From Chlorokybus atmophyticus (taxonomy: Eukaryota > Plantae > Mesostigma and Chlorokybus algae): 64,000 nt of DNA. The translations under genes and the position numbers were made by a program. The stretch covers positions 676,310 to 740,309 of the forward strand of contig RHPI01001737.1 in assembly GCA_009103225.1 (NCBI GenBank). Direction: 5' to 3'. Below the pieces are notes generated by a model. It worked only from the letters and a program-made list of their open reading frames with translations, had not been told where the DNA came from and made no database searches. Positions 62,770 through 64,000 of this stretch are shown one piece after another (position 1 is the first letter of the stretch; each line of letters opens with the position of its first letter).

Positions 62770-63710
62770 AATAACCATACCATGCTGTTCTGGTCCATAG
62801 CGCGTCCCAATAGTTGGCATTGCTGACTGTCGGTCAGCGTGGAACCTGTAATACAACCTGGAGAGAAGCCCATGGCGCATTCGCGCTCACGTGCGTTGGG
62901 TTCCTCTAGTTGGCCTGTGTTGGAATCCAACATCATGCCTTCGTCGTGGTTGCGAAAGGCGTATGATCCTGGGTAAGACACCAGAGTGGGGAGCGCACGA
63001 CGTGGTTGACCAGGCTGGTTGCACTGGTAGACTTGCCGGTGATCGTGTCGGGTGACTAGTTGTAATGTGCGCCCAAAGTCAAAGGTAGCGTCGACGGTCA
63101 GATCGTGTGGACGACTGCTGTGCAGATATTCAATAGCAAAGAGATCCTGGACTGTAGCAAGGTTGGTCCACTTGGCGCAGACGCAATGAGCACGGGAGCC
63201 ATGCCGCGATGCGTTGAATCTGAGAGGATGTCCCAGTAAGGAACACACCTGTCGAAAGCTGTTGGCCACGTGATGGCGCTTATCGTCCTTGGAGTGCACA
63301 TTCTCGATGATGTATCCTGGATGCCTGGACAGCTGACTGCTCTGCAAAATTTTGATGACACGTCAGTTCCTGAACAGTCGTGAGCGAGGATCAGCGAGTC
63401 CTTGACCGCTGCTTGCTCTAGAGTGTCCTTGACACTCCCATGCTATCAGCAGGTCGATGTTGCCCACCGCTAAGAGGTGATCCGTAGTGATTAAATGGAT
63501 GTCCTATGGAAGTGCCTTCAGACTGCCTTGCAGTGTCGATATCGGCAGTTGCTGCGGGTAGCGGTTGTGTAGGTGGCGCAGGTGGTGGCCTAGGGCAAGC
63601 TGTGCGTGTGGATTAGAGTCACATTAGAAGTACTTGGTGACCGTCCCGCCGGTGTTGAGGACAGCGGCGAGGCCACTACCTATTCCTCCAAATAGTTCCA
63701 ACACCGTGAT
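62770..63710 (-). pseudogene. C5-cytosine DNA methyltransferase domain inside the retrotransposon pol region
   Basis: One reading frame (with stops): motif I LELFGGIG (63678-63701), IDLLIAWECQGHSRA with Cys (63429-63440), motif VI IIENV (63297-63305), motif VIII-like GSRAH...WTNL, PTLVSY, motif IX EPNARERECAMGF, motif X LLGRAMDQN. Confidence 0.88.
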
Positions 63711-64000
63711 GCCTTATTGTCGACGGAATACGTGAAACTCCACTTCTCAAGTAGCCACCTGGTGTTGCTTCTGGACCGCAGCTTGGTCCTTGTAGAGAGG
63801 GAACCGTGAAGTGAGCCGTGGTCTGGTCACTAGTAGATGTGGTACCACCTGTGCGCGTCAGCGGCGTTCCGCTGGTTTCTGGTGGGCCACTTCTTTGGTG
63901 GCATCTTCCTAAGACTCGTCGTATGGGATAGGTGAGTCTTGGTCAGAGTTGTTGGTGACCACCGCAGATGATCTGTCAATGGTTGTCGAACCCGACTTGT

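Larger units (their letters stand above)
58053..64000 (-). mobile_element. Ty3/Gypsy LTR retrotransposon (DNMT-RT-RNaseH-integrase-PHD), decayed; gag/protease outside window
   Basis: Domain order RT-RH-IN is Gypsy; frameshifts and stops throughout; putative 3' LTR 58550-58053 (TGTT...AACA termini) following a G-run at the PPT position. Confidence 0.92.

Noticed and set aside
1-64000. Alternative nuclear genetic code (TAA/TAG = Gln), suggested by TAG codons inside TE frames
   Set aside because: Host genes end in TAA or TAG at the expected positions (UGGT RTEL*, QCR10, AGE, carrier, glucokinase), and long host exons encode Gln only as CAA/CAG.

Overview
Eukaryotic nuclear DNA from a green alga or early-diverging streptophyte alga (short GT-AG introns, plastid transit peptides, plant-type MKP1/QCR10/FtsH, standard genetic code); the taxon cannot be fixed from sequence alone. 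The left end (1-3997) is a decayed Plavaka/CMC DNA transposon with a divergent second gene, followed by tRNA-Val(UAC). The middle holds ten spliced host genes: an RS/RE-rich low-complexity protein, a plastid-targeted bacterial-type AGE-family epimerase, UGGT, a type-B plastid FtsH whose zinc motif reads HEVGK, an SLC25 carrier, a PAAT/C10orf88-like protein, QCR10, an XIP-like aquaporin, MKP1 and a plastid-targeted Glk-type glucokinase. The right end (58053-64000, minus strand) is a decayed Ty3/Gypsy element whose pol region carries a C5-cytosine methyltransferase domain upstream of RT and a PHD finger after integrase. It has two clean nested insertions: a 417-bp solo LTR and a 528-bp TRIM. The TRIM's 5'LTR/internal junction forms tRNA-type Pol III A and B boxes at canonical spacing. 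Top candidates for novelty are the DNMT+PHD Gypsy, the putative Pol III-driven TRIM, the FtsH pseudo-protease, the plastid AGE epimerase and the algal XIP. All family calls are from motif recognition by eye; no searches were run.
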